A stretch of 64,000 nt of DNA from an uncultured candidate division Zixibacteria bacterium (GTDB lineage: Bacteria; Zixibacteria; MSB-5A5; GN15; FEB-12). Position 1 is the first letter of the stretch; each line of letters starts with the position of its first letter. The notes beneath the pieces were generated by a model, which saw only the letters and a program-made list of their open reading frames with translations, was not told the origin of the DNA and ran no database searches. The DNA lies in the NCBI GenBank assembly GCA_963735035.1, contig CAVTJJ010000005.1, forward strand, positions 32,001 to 96,000, read 5' to 3'. Below, in pieces: positions 41,207-50,747 of this stretch. The translations under genes were made by a program, and so were the position numbers.

Positions 41207-41896
41207 TCAAAGGACCTGGGGGAGGGGCTCGATACAGGTCGGCGAGTCGTTGCGGGGCGAATTCACCAATTTCGACACGGGAAACGCCTCAAGCAGATCC
41301 GACGGGCACGACACGAGAAAATCACGCAACGCCTTCATGTCGGCGGTATCGCTGAGCCACACCTTTTCGGATTCGCTCGACAAAATGACCGGCATCCGGT
41401 TGTGGTAGGCCTTCATGAGATCGTTGGGCTCGGTCGTGAGGATCGTATAGGTCAGAATTTCTTCGTTCTTAGCGGGGTCTTTCCACGCCGACCACAAACC
41501 GGCAAACGAGAAGATACCTTGATTACGGGTCCTGACAAAAATTGGCTGTTTGCCCTGCCCGCCTCTGGCCGGCGTCCACTCGAAAAACCCGGTGGCGGGA
41601 ATGAGACAACGCTTGGACTTGAAAGCATCCCGGAAACTGGGCTTATCGGGCGCAGTCTCTGAGCGGGCATTGATCAACGACGCGCCTATCGATGGGTCCT
41701 TCGCCCAGTGGGGGATGAGCCCCCAGCGCATGCCACGCAGCTTTATTCCGGTGTCTCTAGTTATGACAGGCGCCATCTGGGAGGGGGCGATGTTGTAGCG
41801 GGGTGTCGGGTGAAACGACGACGAGGGGTCGTCGATGAACCCAAAGCGAACTTTGAGCGCCTCGTGTTCCTGGGCCAGGGCATACCGTCCACACAT
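41207..41896 (-). CDS. SOS response-associated peptidase (SRAP/YedK, abasic-site protecting)
   Basis: MCGRY N-terminus, RYNIAPSQ, WGLIP.W, INARSET, GFFEW, HNRMPVIL. Confidence 0.95.
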   Translation of the reverse strand: MCGRYALAQEHEALKVRFGFIDDPSSSFHPTPRYNIAPSQMAPVITRDTGIKLRGMRWGLIPHWAKDPSIGASLINARSETAPDKPSFRDAFKSKRCLIPATGFFEWTPARGGQGKQPIFVRTRNQGIFSFAGLWSAWKDPAKNEEILTYTILTTEPNDLMKAYHNRMPVILSSESEKVWLSDTADMKALRDFLVSCPSDLLEAFPVSKLVNSPRNDSPTCIEPLPQVL

Positions 41897-42075
41897 ACGA
41901 ATATAATACGGCCGACCAGGTTGCCGTGGCAATCTCATTTTGGGGGTGTTAGTGCGGTTACAATTTGGTAAAGGAGTAGGGACAGAAAAGGTTTGTCGGG
42001 CGTCTACCAAGTTCGTACCGTAGATACGCAACATTGTACGTAGCGAGTCACTCAAAATCAGGGTAGGAGATCGTC

Positions 42076-42837
42076 GTGAAACCGAATGATTCTGACAAGA
42101 TCTACAGTGATGGCAGATTTTTCGACCTCGAAAGCGGGGCATTGGCAAATGACATCCCGTTCTACTTGAAACAGGCAGCCATATCTGGCGGTCCGGTACT
42201 GGAACTCGGTTGTGGGACCGGCCGCGTTACCATACCAATGGCCGAGGCCGGCTTTGAAATGACAGGACTTGACATATCAGCTCCAGTGCTCAAACAAGCG
42301 CGTATCAAAGCTGCGGCGAAAAACCTGGACATTCGATGGATCGAAAGCGATTGCAGGGATTTCAATCTGGGCACCAGGTTCGGAACGATCATCTTTCCTT
42401 TCAATGGGATTGCTCATATACACGACCGCGAAAGCCACGAGGCGCTGTTTGAGCGGGTGCGGGCGCATCTGAAAGACACCGGTCACTTCATCATAGACTG
42501 GTTCAATCCGTCGTTGGAGATCCTTCTGAGAGGAAATGAGCAGAGGCATTCTTGCTTTGAATACGATGATCCTGACGGACATGGTAAAGTCATTGTCACT
42601 GAGGACAATTTCTACGATCGATCGACGCAGATTAACCATATCAAGTGGTACTACAAGATCGGCAACTTGCCGGAGGAAATCCGCGAACTCAACATGCGCA
42701 TTGTCTATCCTCAGGAGCTCGATGCCCTGTTTCATTACAATGGTTTTGAGATTGTTAGTAAGTACGGCGATCATCAGGAGAGCCCTTTCGAATCGAGTTC
42801 GCGGCATCAGTTGATTGTGAGCCGCCTAAGGCAATAG
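42076..42837 (+). CDS. Class I SAM-dependent methyltransferase
   Basis: VLELGCGTGR, GLDIS; GTG start with SD aggag. Confidence 0.92.
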   Translation: MKPNDSDKIYSDGRFFDLESGALANDIPFYLKQAAISGGPVLELGCGTGRVTIPMAEAGFEMTGLDISAPVLKQARIKAAAKNLDIRWIESDCRDFNLGTRFGTIIFPFNGIAHIHDRESHEALFERVRAHLKDTGHFIIDWFNPSLEILLRGNEQRHSCFEYDDPDGHGKVIVTEDNFYDRSTQINHIKWYYKIGNLPEEIRELNMRIVYPQELDALFHYNGFEIVSKYGDHQESPFESSSRHQLIVSRLRQ

Positions 42838-42918
42838 ATTTCGGTGAAGGTCATGCGGGGCAAAAACTCCCTTGCGCTCGAACGAACAATCCTCTAACAT
42901 ATTGCCACATCGCTCGTT

Positions 42919-43006
42919 GCCGGAGTGGTGGAATGGCAGACACCAGGGACTTAAAATCCCTTGGGCCGTACGGCCCGTGCCGGTTCGAGTCCGGCCTCCG
43001 GCACCA
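42919..43006 (+). tRNA. tRNA-Leu(TAA)
   Basis: GCCGGAG acceptor stem, anticodon loop CT-TAA-AA, long variable arm, GGTTCGAGTCC, encoded CCA; upstream TTGCGC-N17-TAACAT. Confidence 0.95.
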
Positions 43007-43019
43007 TCAAACAATCATT

Positions 43020-43270
43020 AGGTTGCCCGGCTAAACCGGGCAATGACAGAGGGGGCGGGCAATGATTGGGAGGGGGACTCGGGAAATGACGTGGGGGTGG
43101 GGAATGACGAATAGGAGCAGTCATCCGTTGCGGTGTCCGGCTAAACCGGGCAATGACGGAGAGGGGTGCCACCTGTCCTCACGGAAAATGACTGGGGCAC
43201 CAATGTCGAAACCTCGCCACGGCGAGCAGGCGCAGGGGTTTCGACCTGCTTTGCTGAACCGGGGAATGAC
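43020..43270. repeat. GTCA-type REP-like hairpins downstream of tRNA-Leu
   Basis: ccggctaaaccgggcaatgac twice; repeated ...aatgac ends. Confidence 0.7.
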
Positions 43271-43354
43271 GAATCTTGCCGCCTGCTCAATTTGTATACA
43301 GCCAGATTCTTGCAGATCGAAGACGTTTGCGGGCGTCGTTATCATCCCGAAATC

Positions 43355-43382
43355 TAAAGCCGGATAATGTCAGAGCCGATAA
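43355..43382 (+). promoter_or_regulatory. Possible sigma28-type promoter upstream of the pilin
   Basis: TAAA-N16-GCCGATAA. Confidence 0.5.
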
Positions 43383-43428
43383 TGATGCTATCGGTTACCG
43401 GCTAATGAACTTCTGGAGAAACCTGGTC

Positions 43429-43920
43429 ATGGGCACTGCAAAGTCACAAAGAGAGAATGGCTTCACACTGATCGAACTGGTTGTGATAATCGTCGTCCTC
43501 GGCATTCTCGCCGCGGTCGCAATTCCGAAGCTGTTCTCAGTGAGCAAAGAGGCTGAGATAGCCTCGGTCAATAACATGGTGTCGAGTCTCGAAGGGGCAA
43601 TGTCGGTCTACGTATCAAAGCAGTTCGTCAACGGTCAGCCGATTGTGGTCCACAACCCGTTTGACGATCTCTCCAATGTTCCTTCCAACTATGCCGGGAC
43701 CAACGATCCGGTGGGTCCGACCAACACGCCCAACGGCAAGTGGAGCTATCGCGCAACCGGCAACTGGATCATGTACAACCCGAACTCAGCCGTTACCGGC
43801 GGATGGAGTTCCGGAGGGGAAAACTTCATCATCTACCAGATTCAGGCGGTAGTCGACGGCACCGATACGGTGGGACTTCGTCTGAACACGACCCCGGTAT
43901 ATACTTACGTCTGGAACTAG
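43429..43920 (+). CDS. Type IV pilin/pseudopilin (prepilin N-terminal methylation domain)
   Basis: G/FTLIELVVIIVVLGILAAVAIP class III signal. Confidence 0.92.
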   Translation: MGTAKSQRENGFTLIELVVIIVVLGILAAVAIPKLFSVSKEAEIASVNNMVSSLEGAMSVYVSKQFVNGQPIVVHNPFDDLSNVPSNYAGTNDPVGPTNTPNGKWSYRATGNWIMYNPNSAVTGGWSSGGENFIIYQIQAVVDGTDTVGLRLNTTPVYTYVWN

Positions 43921-43997
43921 CCGTCAAATCCAGCACAAGCTTTGAAGCCGGCGCCCAAGTGGCCCGGCTTTTTTAATGGGTGGAATCGACGTCCCGA

Positions 43998-45359
43998 TCA
44001 GAGGTCGAAAATCTTCCCCGGATTCAGAAGGCTGTAAGGATCGAACTGCCTTTTGATCCGTCGCATGAGTTCCACTCCGGCTCCATGCTCAGAGAGGAAG
44101 AGGTCTCTGTGGCCGAGACCGATGCCGTGCTCGCCGGAAATCGTCCCCCCAATTTCAATCGTCCGGGTAATTATCTGATTGTTCACATCATGGGCGAGCG
44201 CCCAGCGAACCGGATCGTTCGCGTCGGCCAGCATCAAAGCGTGCAAGAGGCCCATTCCGACATGACCAAACGTGAACATCGGTAGTCCGTGTTTGTCCCC
44301 CAGGGTATGGCAGTACTCAACCATCTCGGGTAGCTTCGAAATCGGAAACGCGACATCGTTGCGGATGATGCTCAACCCGGGCTGGAAGTGCTTAACGGCA
44401 TCGGTGGCCCAATGGCGAATCTCCCACGGGCGCTGGCCTTCGCTCAACGTTATCGGTTCGGCGCCGAGCTCGGAGCAAATCAGGTCGGCTTGTTCTTCGT
44501 TTGAATCGAGCACGGCCAACGGACCGTGGAATTCAAGAAAGAGCAACGGCGCTTCCTGGAGTCCATAACCTTTGAGTTTATTGAGCGCCATCGTAACGTG
44601 CCGGTCGAGAAATTCGATCGCAGCGATATCAAGACCATAGCGCCGCATCTCGGACACGGCACGGGCGGCATCTTGATCGGATTTGAATACATACGCCGAT
44701 TGTTTGCGTCCCTCTGGGAGACCGGCGAGGCGAAGTGTTATCTTCGAAATAATCCCGAGTGTGCCTTCGGAGCCCGCTACCAGATCGACCAGGTTGTAAC
44801 CACTGGAACGTTTGATGGCGCGATTGCCGAGGCGGACGATTTCGCCCTCGCCGGTGACTATCTCCAGCGCCAGGACGTATTCGCGCGTGCCGCCATACTT
44901 GACCGAGTAGATGCCCGAAGCATTGGTAGAAACCATGCCGCCAATAGTGGCAACATCGCCCGATCCGCCCGGCGACGGAGGGAAGAAGAGGCCGTCCCTC
45001 TTCAAGCGGTCGTTCAGATGATCGTAAATGATGCCCGGCTCGACTTCGATCTGAAGGTCCTCAGGCCAATAATTGACTTCGGCGGTCATTCGAGTCAGAT
45101 CGAGTACGATTCCGTTAGCGAGTGGCACGGCGGAACCCTCAAGAGCCGATCCGGCGCCACGCGTAGTGATGGGGGTTTTGTACTCGATGCAGCACCGAAC
45201 GATGTCACGAATTTGGGACGTGGTCAATGCCCATACCACCGCGAGTGGCGTAACGGGAGGTAGAGTGGATTCATCGTGTGATGCCACCTGAAGTTGGTCG
45301 GCCTGAATTGAAACCTGGTCGGCCGGTAACAGCTCTTGAAGTCTTGAGACAATTCCCAT
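43998..45359 (-). CDS. FAD-linked oxidase (GlcD/D-lactate dehydrogenase-like)
   Basis: RGAGSALEG, ATIGGMVSTNASG, GSEGTLG, GGTISGEHGIG, LLNPGKIF. Confidence 0.92.
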   Translation of the reverse strand: MGIVSRLQELLPADQVSIQADQLQVASHDESTLPPVTPLAVVWALTTSQIRDIVRCCIEYKTPITTRGAGSALEGSAVPLANGIVLDLTRMTAEVNYWPEDLQIEVEPGIIYDHLNDRLKRDGLFFPPSPGGSGDVATIGGMVSTNASGIYSVKYGGTREYVLALEIVTGEGEIVRLGNRAIKRSSGYNLVDLVAGSEGTLGIISKITLRLAGLPEGRKQSAYVFKSDQDAARAVSEMRRYGLDIAAIEFLDRHVTMALNKLKGYGLQEAPLLFLEFHGPLAVLDSNEEQADLICSELGAEPITLSEGQRPWEIRHWATDAVKHFQPGLSIIRNDVAFPISKLPEMVEYCHTLGDKHGLPMFTFGHVGMGLLHALMLADANDPVRWALAHDVNNQIITRTIEIGGTISGEHGIGLGHRDLFLSEHGAGVELMRRIKRQFDPYSLLNPGKIFDL

Positions 45360-45381
45360 GAAGATCTTGATGCCGTATCGG

Positions 45382-47088
45382 CTATTTGAAGTTAACAATC
45401 ACGGAGAGTGTGTCCGCACCGCGCACTACTTCAACTCTGCAACTATCGCCCTTGCGATATCGCTGAAGGACGTTCATATAATCCTGGATATCACCTACCG
45501 TTCGATCACCGATCTTGATGATGACATCCCCTTTAAGAATACCCGCCCGCTCTGCAGGCCGATCGGGTGAGACGCCATCGACGCCCAACCCTTTCACCTG
45601 CGACACAAAATCGGGAGTGATGCCCAGGCTGACTGAGAGTTGCGGGGGGCGTCCGGTGCCATCGCTCCTGGTGCGGTGAAAAGTCAGCGGACCCTGGTAG
45701 GTGTCGAAATAGGTCAATACGCTGGCCACCAGATTGGCAACGGTGGCGATCCCCGGCGCGTCGATCTTGGAAACGACATCATCTGGTGTGTGATAATCCT
45801 GATGGGCACCCGTGAAAAAGAAAAGACTTGGAATAGAATCATTGCAGAAGGCTGCCTGGTCGGACGGACCTGAGCCAGATTCATTGAAGGTTACTTTGAG
45901 AGAACCAAGGTCGGTCTTGTCAAAATATTCCTTGAACTGTGGGCAGGTGCCCGTTCCCATAATCGCCAGTCCTTTTTCCTGCTGCGACAAACGCCCGATC
46001 ATGTCCAAGTTGATCATCAGTCGGGCTTTTGTGCGATCGACTGTCCAATGGCGGACATAATGCCCCGATCCGAGCGTGCCGGCTTCTTCGCCGGAGAACG
46101 CGATGAACAAGATCGAATTGTGAAGGGAGTCGCGTCGTGAAGAAAAATAGCGCGCCAATTCGAGCAGAGCCGCGACACCCGAGGCGTTGTCGTCAGCGCC
46201 GGGATGGATGCGACGCTCGGGACCACGATACCTCGAAGTCGCGCCGCCATAGCCTATATGATCATAGTGCGCCCCGACAATCTCCACCGTATCGGTGCGA
46301 CCCGGCAAATACCCGACGATATTGTAGCCGGTACCGGGGACTCTGACCAGATCAGTCGTACCAACGACGTTGGCAAAACGAGGGGATACCAAATCAAGAC
46401 CGAGTCGCTCCAACGCTGCCCGTCGGATCAGAACGACCGGAATGTCTTTGGGATTAACGTGGGTTCCAGATGATCCTACCAGGGTATCGTCATATGTCGT
46501 CGGCGTGACAAAGATTATCCCCGTCGCACCACGAGACAGCGCCGTCATAATCTTGGCGTTGAAGCTGCTGAAACGGTCATAGATGCTGTCAGCGCCCGTG
46601 GTATCGCCCTCGATCCTCGGTGCGTAACGGCGCACCAGAACGGCTTTGCCTCGGACGTCTTTGCTGCGATAATCGTTGTAGCTGGAATCGTCGGTGATGA
46701 TGCCATAGCCGACATCGATTATGCTGTCAAAATTGAAAGTGACATTCCCCGACTGCTCAAGTGGTTGAAAGTCCGCCCCAATTTGTAGCGACTTGCCATT
46801 TACAGTCAGCTTATTGCCGGGCCCAAAGTCGACTCTCTTGATAAACGAGAAGGGTTGCAGATACGAGCCGCTGTCACCTTTTGGCTCAAGCCCGGCAGCC
46901 TTGAATTCTGAAATGATGTAAGCCGCAGCTTTCTGTTCGCCGGGTTCGCCGACCTGGCGCCCTTCCATCGAATCCGCAGCCAATACGGCCACGTGGCGCA
47001 AGGCAGAATCGGCGTTTATGTCATAAGCCGCCGCCGACGCTGAAGCGACCAGGAGGGCGGCCAAGATCGAAGCTGAGAATAGTCTCAT
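45382..47088 (-). CDS. Secreted M28 peptidase with PA and PDZ domains
   Basis: GAHYDH, GADDNASG, GEEAG, NLDMIG, SD, YH.P.D; C-terminal PDZ (PAERAGILKGDVI). Confidence 0.92.
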   Translation of the reverse strand: MRLFSASILAALLVASASAAAYDINADSALRHVAVLAADSMEGRQVGEPGEQKAAAYIISEFKAAGLEPKGDSGSYLQPFSFIKRVDFGPGNKLTVNGKSLQIGADFQPLEQSGNVTFNFDSIIDVGYGIITDDSSYNDYRSKDVRGKAVLVRRYAPRIEGDTTGADSIYDRFSSFNAKIMTALSRGATGIIFVTPTTYDDTLVGSSGTHVNPKDIPVVLIRRAALERLGLDLVSPRFANVVGTTDLVRVPGTGYNIVGYLPGRTDTVEIVGAHYDHIGYGGATSRYRGPERRIHPGADDNASGVAALLELARYFSSRRDSLHNSILFIAFSGEEAGTLGSGHYVRHWTVDRTKARLMINLDMIGRLSQQEKGLAIMGTGTCPQFKEYFDKTDLGSLKVTFNESGSGPSDQAAFCNDSIPSLFFFTGAHQDYHTPDDVVSKIDAPGIATVANLVASVLTYFDTYQGPLTFHRTRSDGTGRPPQLSVSLGITPDFVSQVKGLGVDGVSPDRPAERAGILKGDVIIKIGDRTVGDIQDYMNVLQRYRKGDSCRVEVVRGADTLSVIVNFK

Positions 47089-47246
47089 CGAAAATGTCTC
47101 CAGCAAGAGTGCAGGTTCAACGGCGGGAAATATATACGCCCGAGAGGGAGACGTCAGGTCTTAAGTTTACGAAGAACCTTGTTGATGCGGAACAAATTGA
47201 AACTATATTGCCGGGGTCTTTGTAAATGTGATAACACAGGAGCGAT

Positions 47247-47900
47247 ATGGAACGGATAGTTTGTAAGAGTTGCGGTAAAGACCTCGAAGCTGGGACCCGT
47301 TATTGTCCTGACTGCGGTACTCCCACGGCCGGACCGGCCAAGGCAGGCGGTTGGCGGCGTGATGGGATTATTCTGGTGGGTGTGGCGGTTTTGGTAATAG
47401 GTGGGTACTTCATTCTGCGTGAGAAACCGGCGGCCCCTCAGCAACAACCGACCGAGAAAGCCGCCATTCCCGGCCACGAACAGATGACAGGCGCCGTTAT
47501 AGATAGTTTCCCAACCGGATACGGTCCCCTGGTCGAGCAAGGCAACGCGTTCATGGATCATCAGAACTACGCCATGGCCGCCGAAGCTTATCGTCGGGCC
47601 CTGGTGATCGATAGTTCTTCGGTTGATGTGCGAAGCGACTTCGCGTCCTGTCTCCACGCCATGGGATTGCCGAAACGGGCCTTGGAAGAATTCCGTAAAG
47701 TGCTGGCCCGTGATCCCAGGCATGTGGTGGCCTATTTCAATCTGGGCGTTGTTTTCCACGGTGAAGGTGTGGTTGATTCGGCGCGCTACTATTGGAAAAA
47801 GTACCTGGAGATTGATCCGAATGGCGAACCGGCCGAGGCGGCTCGGGAATTTCTCAAGGAGTTGGACTCGGTAGCCGCTGCAGGCGGAGCCGGAAAGTAG
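47247..47900 (+). CDS. Zinc-ribbon + TM + TPR protein
   Basis: CKSCG..CPDCG, one TM, TPR-like repeats. Confidence 0.85.
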   Translation: MERIVCKSCGKDLEAGTRYCPDCGTPTAGPAKAGGWRRDGIILVGVAVLVIGGYFILREKPAAPQQQPTEKAAIPGHEQMTGAVIDSFPTGYGPLVEQGNAFMDHQNYAMAAEAYRRALVIDSSSVDVRSDFASCLHAMGLPKRALEEFRKVLARDPRHVVAYFNLGVVFHGEGVVDSARYYWKKYLEIDPNGEPAEAAREFLKELDSVAAAGGAGK

Positions 47901-47953
47901 CGGTCGGCCTTTTTTAGTCTTGCCGGGGGATATGGCGGAATCCATCTTGGATT

Positions 47954-48673
47954 ATGTTAACCGGGCTAACAGAGCGGTTTCCACTCCTCAAGGGGCTGGT
48001 CGATTTTGTCTATCCTCCTCTATGTGCCGGGTGCGGCCGTTATGCCGAAAGTCCGCACTGTGTCTGTGATCGGTGCCTGGAACGGATCGATTGGTGGGAC
48101 CAGCCAATTCCCCTTACGGATATCGATTTCGCCCCCGAAGGTCGGTTTGACGACAGCAAGCCTCGTTCGTTTACCGCCTATATTGCAGCATCCTACGTCG
48201 ACCCGCTTCGACAGATAATTATCCAGTACAAATTCCGTGGCGCGGTTGCTATTGCTCCGGTGATTGCGGAAAGGTTGTGTGGCCAGTTCGGCGCCAAGAT
48301 CAAGAAACTTGAGCCGGCCGTGCTAGTACCGATTCCCCTTCATCCGAGCCGCGAGTACGAACGGGGATACAATCAAGCCAGGATTTTCGCCGACGAGTTA
48401 TCGAGCCGGCTGGAAATTCCGGTCGACGATAACCTGATAGTTCGAGTTAGAAAACGTCGCCCGCAGTCTCGTCTAGGAAAGTCCAAACGGGTAGCCAATA
48501 TCAAGTCGGTATTTGCTCTATCGCCGGGTGTCAACTTAGCGGAGCGGTGTAACCGAGTTATCCTGGTGGACGATGTTATCACGTCGGGGCAGACCGTTTT
48601 CGAAGCCCGCCGGACCTTGCAGGAAGCCGGGTTCGAGGTAGTCGGGGCTGTGGCCATGGCTCATCGGATGTAG
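47954..48673 (+). CDS. comF: ComF family protein (phosphoribosyltransferase domain)
   Basis: YPPLCAGC, PIPLH..R..ERGYNQA, ILVDDVITSG.T. Confidence 0.92.
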   Translation: MLTGLTERFPLLKGLVDFVYPPLCAGCGRYAESPHCVCDRCLERIDWWDQPIPLTDIDFAPEGRFDDSKPRSFTAYIAASYVDPLRQIIIQYKFRGAVAIAPVIAERLCGQFGAKIKKLEPAVLVPIPLHPSREYERGYNQARIFADELSSRLEIPVDDNLIVRVRKRRPQSRLGKSKRVANIKSVFALSPGVNLAERCNRVILVDDVITSGQTVFEARRTLQEAGFEVVGAVAMAHRM

Positions 48674-48681
48674 GTGCGACT

Positions 48682-49587
48682 ATGGAACCGAAGGTAGCTA
48701 TCGAGGATTTTCTCCAGCACCTGACATTGGAGTTGGGGCTGTCAGCAAACTCCGTGGCGGCCTATCGCACCGATCTCGTCGCTCTATTCAATCACACGGC
48801 AACGCGCGACGTATCAGCAAGTAAGCCACAAGACATAAACCGCTACTTTAGCGCCCTTTCGACTCAGGGACGTAAGCCAGCGACTCTGGCGCGCAAGCTC
48901 TCGGCGGCCAAACGATTCTACGACTATATGGTCGGGCGGGGGGTCGTGAAGCATAATCCGACCACCGGCTACCGGGCGCCACGAATTGCGCGGTACCATC
49001 CCGATTACCTGTCGGTCGAAGAAATCGAGCGAATTATTGCCGTCTGCAATCTGGACAAGAGTCTCGCTACCCGCGACCGGGCGGTGATCGAACTGCTCTA
49101 CGGTTGCGGTCTGCGAATCTCCGAACTTCTCGACCTGAAGATTGGCAGTCTGGAGACTGAGGCGGGGTTTATCAGAGTCATTGGCAAGGGAAACAAGCAA
49201 CGGCTGGTGCCTATAGGAAAATTCGCTATCGAAGCGGTTCGGAAGTACCTCGACAGCCCGGAGCGGGCGCGAGTGCCGGCGGATAGTTCGCGTAACTTGC
49301 TAGTCAATCGGACCGGTCGGAGGATGTCCCGGGTCGGTTTATGGAAAGCGGTGCGAAAACTGGTAATTCGGGCCGGAATCACCAAAACGGTCACGCCGCA
49401 TACATTTCGCCACTCGTTTGCAACACATATGCTTGCCGGGGGGGCCGATCTTCGGACAGTGCAAGAAATGCTCGGGCATGCCGATATATCCACTACTGAG
49501 ATATACACTCAGATAGACCAGGGATATATCGTTGCCGAACACCGAAGACATCACCCTCGCGAACTGGCCGGTTTTCGCAGCAAGTGA
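48682..49587 (+). CDS. xerD: Tyrosine recombinase XerD
   Basis: ELLYGCGLRISE, GKGNKQRLVP, TPHTFRHSFATH, GADLR.VQEMLGHADISTT.IYT. Confidence 0.9.
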   Translation: MEPKVAIEDFLQHLTLELGLSANSVAAYRTDLVALFNHTATRDVSASKPQDINRYFSALSTQGRKPATLARKLSAAKRFYDYMVGRGVVKHNPTTGYRAPRIARYHPDYLSVEEIERIIAVCNLDKSLATRDRAVIELLYGCGLRISELLDLKIGSLETEAGFIRVIGKGNKQRLVPIGKFAIEAVRKYLDSPERARVPADSSRNLLVNRTGRRMSRVGLWKAVRKLVIRAGITKTVTPHTFRHSFATHMLAGGADLRTVQEMLGHADISTTEIYTQIDQGYIVAEHRRHHPRELAGFRSK

Positions 49588-50533
49588 CCGTCCGCAGCCG
49601 CAGACGACCACGCACTTTGCTATCCGCCAAACCAGGGTTAACCTGGACTTCTATCTCGAGACATTTTTCCGCGAGCGGCGCCTCAAGTTTCATTTCTTCA
49701 ATACCTTCGAAGAACTCATCGTCATCTGTCATCGGCACAATGTCAGCGCGATACTGATGGCCGGCGACGACAACTTCCTGCACGAACTCGAGCTGGTCCG
49801 GGCGATCAAGCAGAATATCCTGCTGTCGATTGTCCCGGTGATTCTGTACCATCCCGATCCGGACATCAACACGGTCATTGCGGCTTACGAAGACGGGGTG
49901 GAAGAATTCATCTACGGCGAATGGATCAAGAAGCTGGTGCAGGTGCGTATCCGGCGCGTGATCGACCGGAGTGCGCGCGATGTCTCCGTAAACCCGTCGA
50001 CCCTGCTGCCCGGACCGGCGATGATCGAGGACGAGATCAATCGACAGATGAAGGCGGGGGAGCAGTTCGCCGTATGTTACGCCGATCTCGACAATTTCAA
50101 AGCCTTCAATGATTACAGTGGCTATGTCTATGGCGACAAGATCATCCGCATGACCGGCTGGATTCTCAAGGATGTGGTGTTCGATCTATGCCGCGAGGGA
50201 TTTGTCGGACATATCGCCGGGGATGATTTTATATTCGTGGTGCCGTCGGAGACGGCCGAAGAAGCCTGCCGCTGGGTGATCAAGAGTTTCGATGCTTTCA
50301 TCCCGTTCAGATACTCTGAAGAAGACAGACAGAACGGTTTCTACGAATCCAAGAACCGTCGCGGCGAGGTAGAGCGGTTCCCGCTGTTGTCGATCTCGAT
50401 CGCGGTGGTCATCAACCACAACGGCGAGTTCGCGCACGTAGGTGAGATTTCGAAGATGCTGGCCGATTTGAAACGGGCCTGCAAAGCGCTGGACGGTTCC
50501 AACTACATGATCGAGCGCCGGAAGAAGTACTAG
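49532..50533 (+). CDS. Receiver-like + GGDEF-like domain protein
   Basis: YADLDNFKAFND..GY..GD, FVGHIAGDDF; the start is uncertain (overlaps xerD). Confidence 0.85.
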   Translation: MPNTEDITLANWPVFAASDRPQPQTTTHFAIRQTRVNLDFYLETFFRERRLKFHFFNTFEELIVICHRHNVSAILMAGDDNFLHELELVRAIKQNILLSIVPVILYHPDPDINTVIAAYEDGVEEFIYGEWIKKLVQVRIRRVIDRSARDVSVNPSTLLPGPAMIEDEINRQMKAGEQFAVCYADLDNFKAFNDYSGYVYGDKIIRMTGWILKDVVFDLCREGFVGHIAGDDFIFVVPSETAEEACRWVIKSFDAFIPFRYSEEDRQNGFYESKNRRGEVERFPLLSISIAVVINHNGEFAHVGEISKMLADLKRACKALDGSNYMIERRKKY

Positions 50534-50544
50534 GTCACACAATA

Positions 50545-50747
50545 CCGTGCCCGGCAGATGTCCACATCTGCCGACGAGAACACGATACCCAGTCCATCAT
50601 TTCCCGCACCCCTTTCTGTCTTGCCCCGCTTCAGGCGGGGCATTCAAGGAGCCGTGCCCGGCAGATGCCCACATCTGCCGACGAGAAAACGACACCCATT
50701 CCGTCATTCCCCGCACCCCTTTCTGTCTTGCCCCGCTTCAGGCGGGG
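50545..50747. repeat. Tandem 107-bp unit of REP-like hairpins; the second copy is interrupted by IS30
   Basis: Units start at 50545 and 50652; the array resumes at 51781. Confidence 0.9.

Noticed and set aside
42919..43270. Integrative element at tRNA-Leu or tRNA-Thr
   Set aside because: No duplicated tRNA 3' end (att site) or adjacent integrase was seen.
48682..49587. Integron integrase or prophage integrase
   Set aside because: It has XerD signatures and length, no IntI-specific insertion, and no attC-like cassette array or phage genes.
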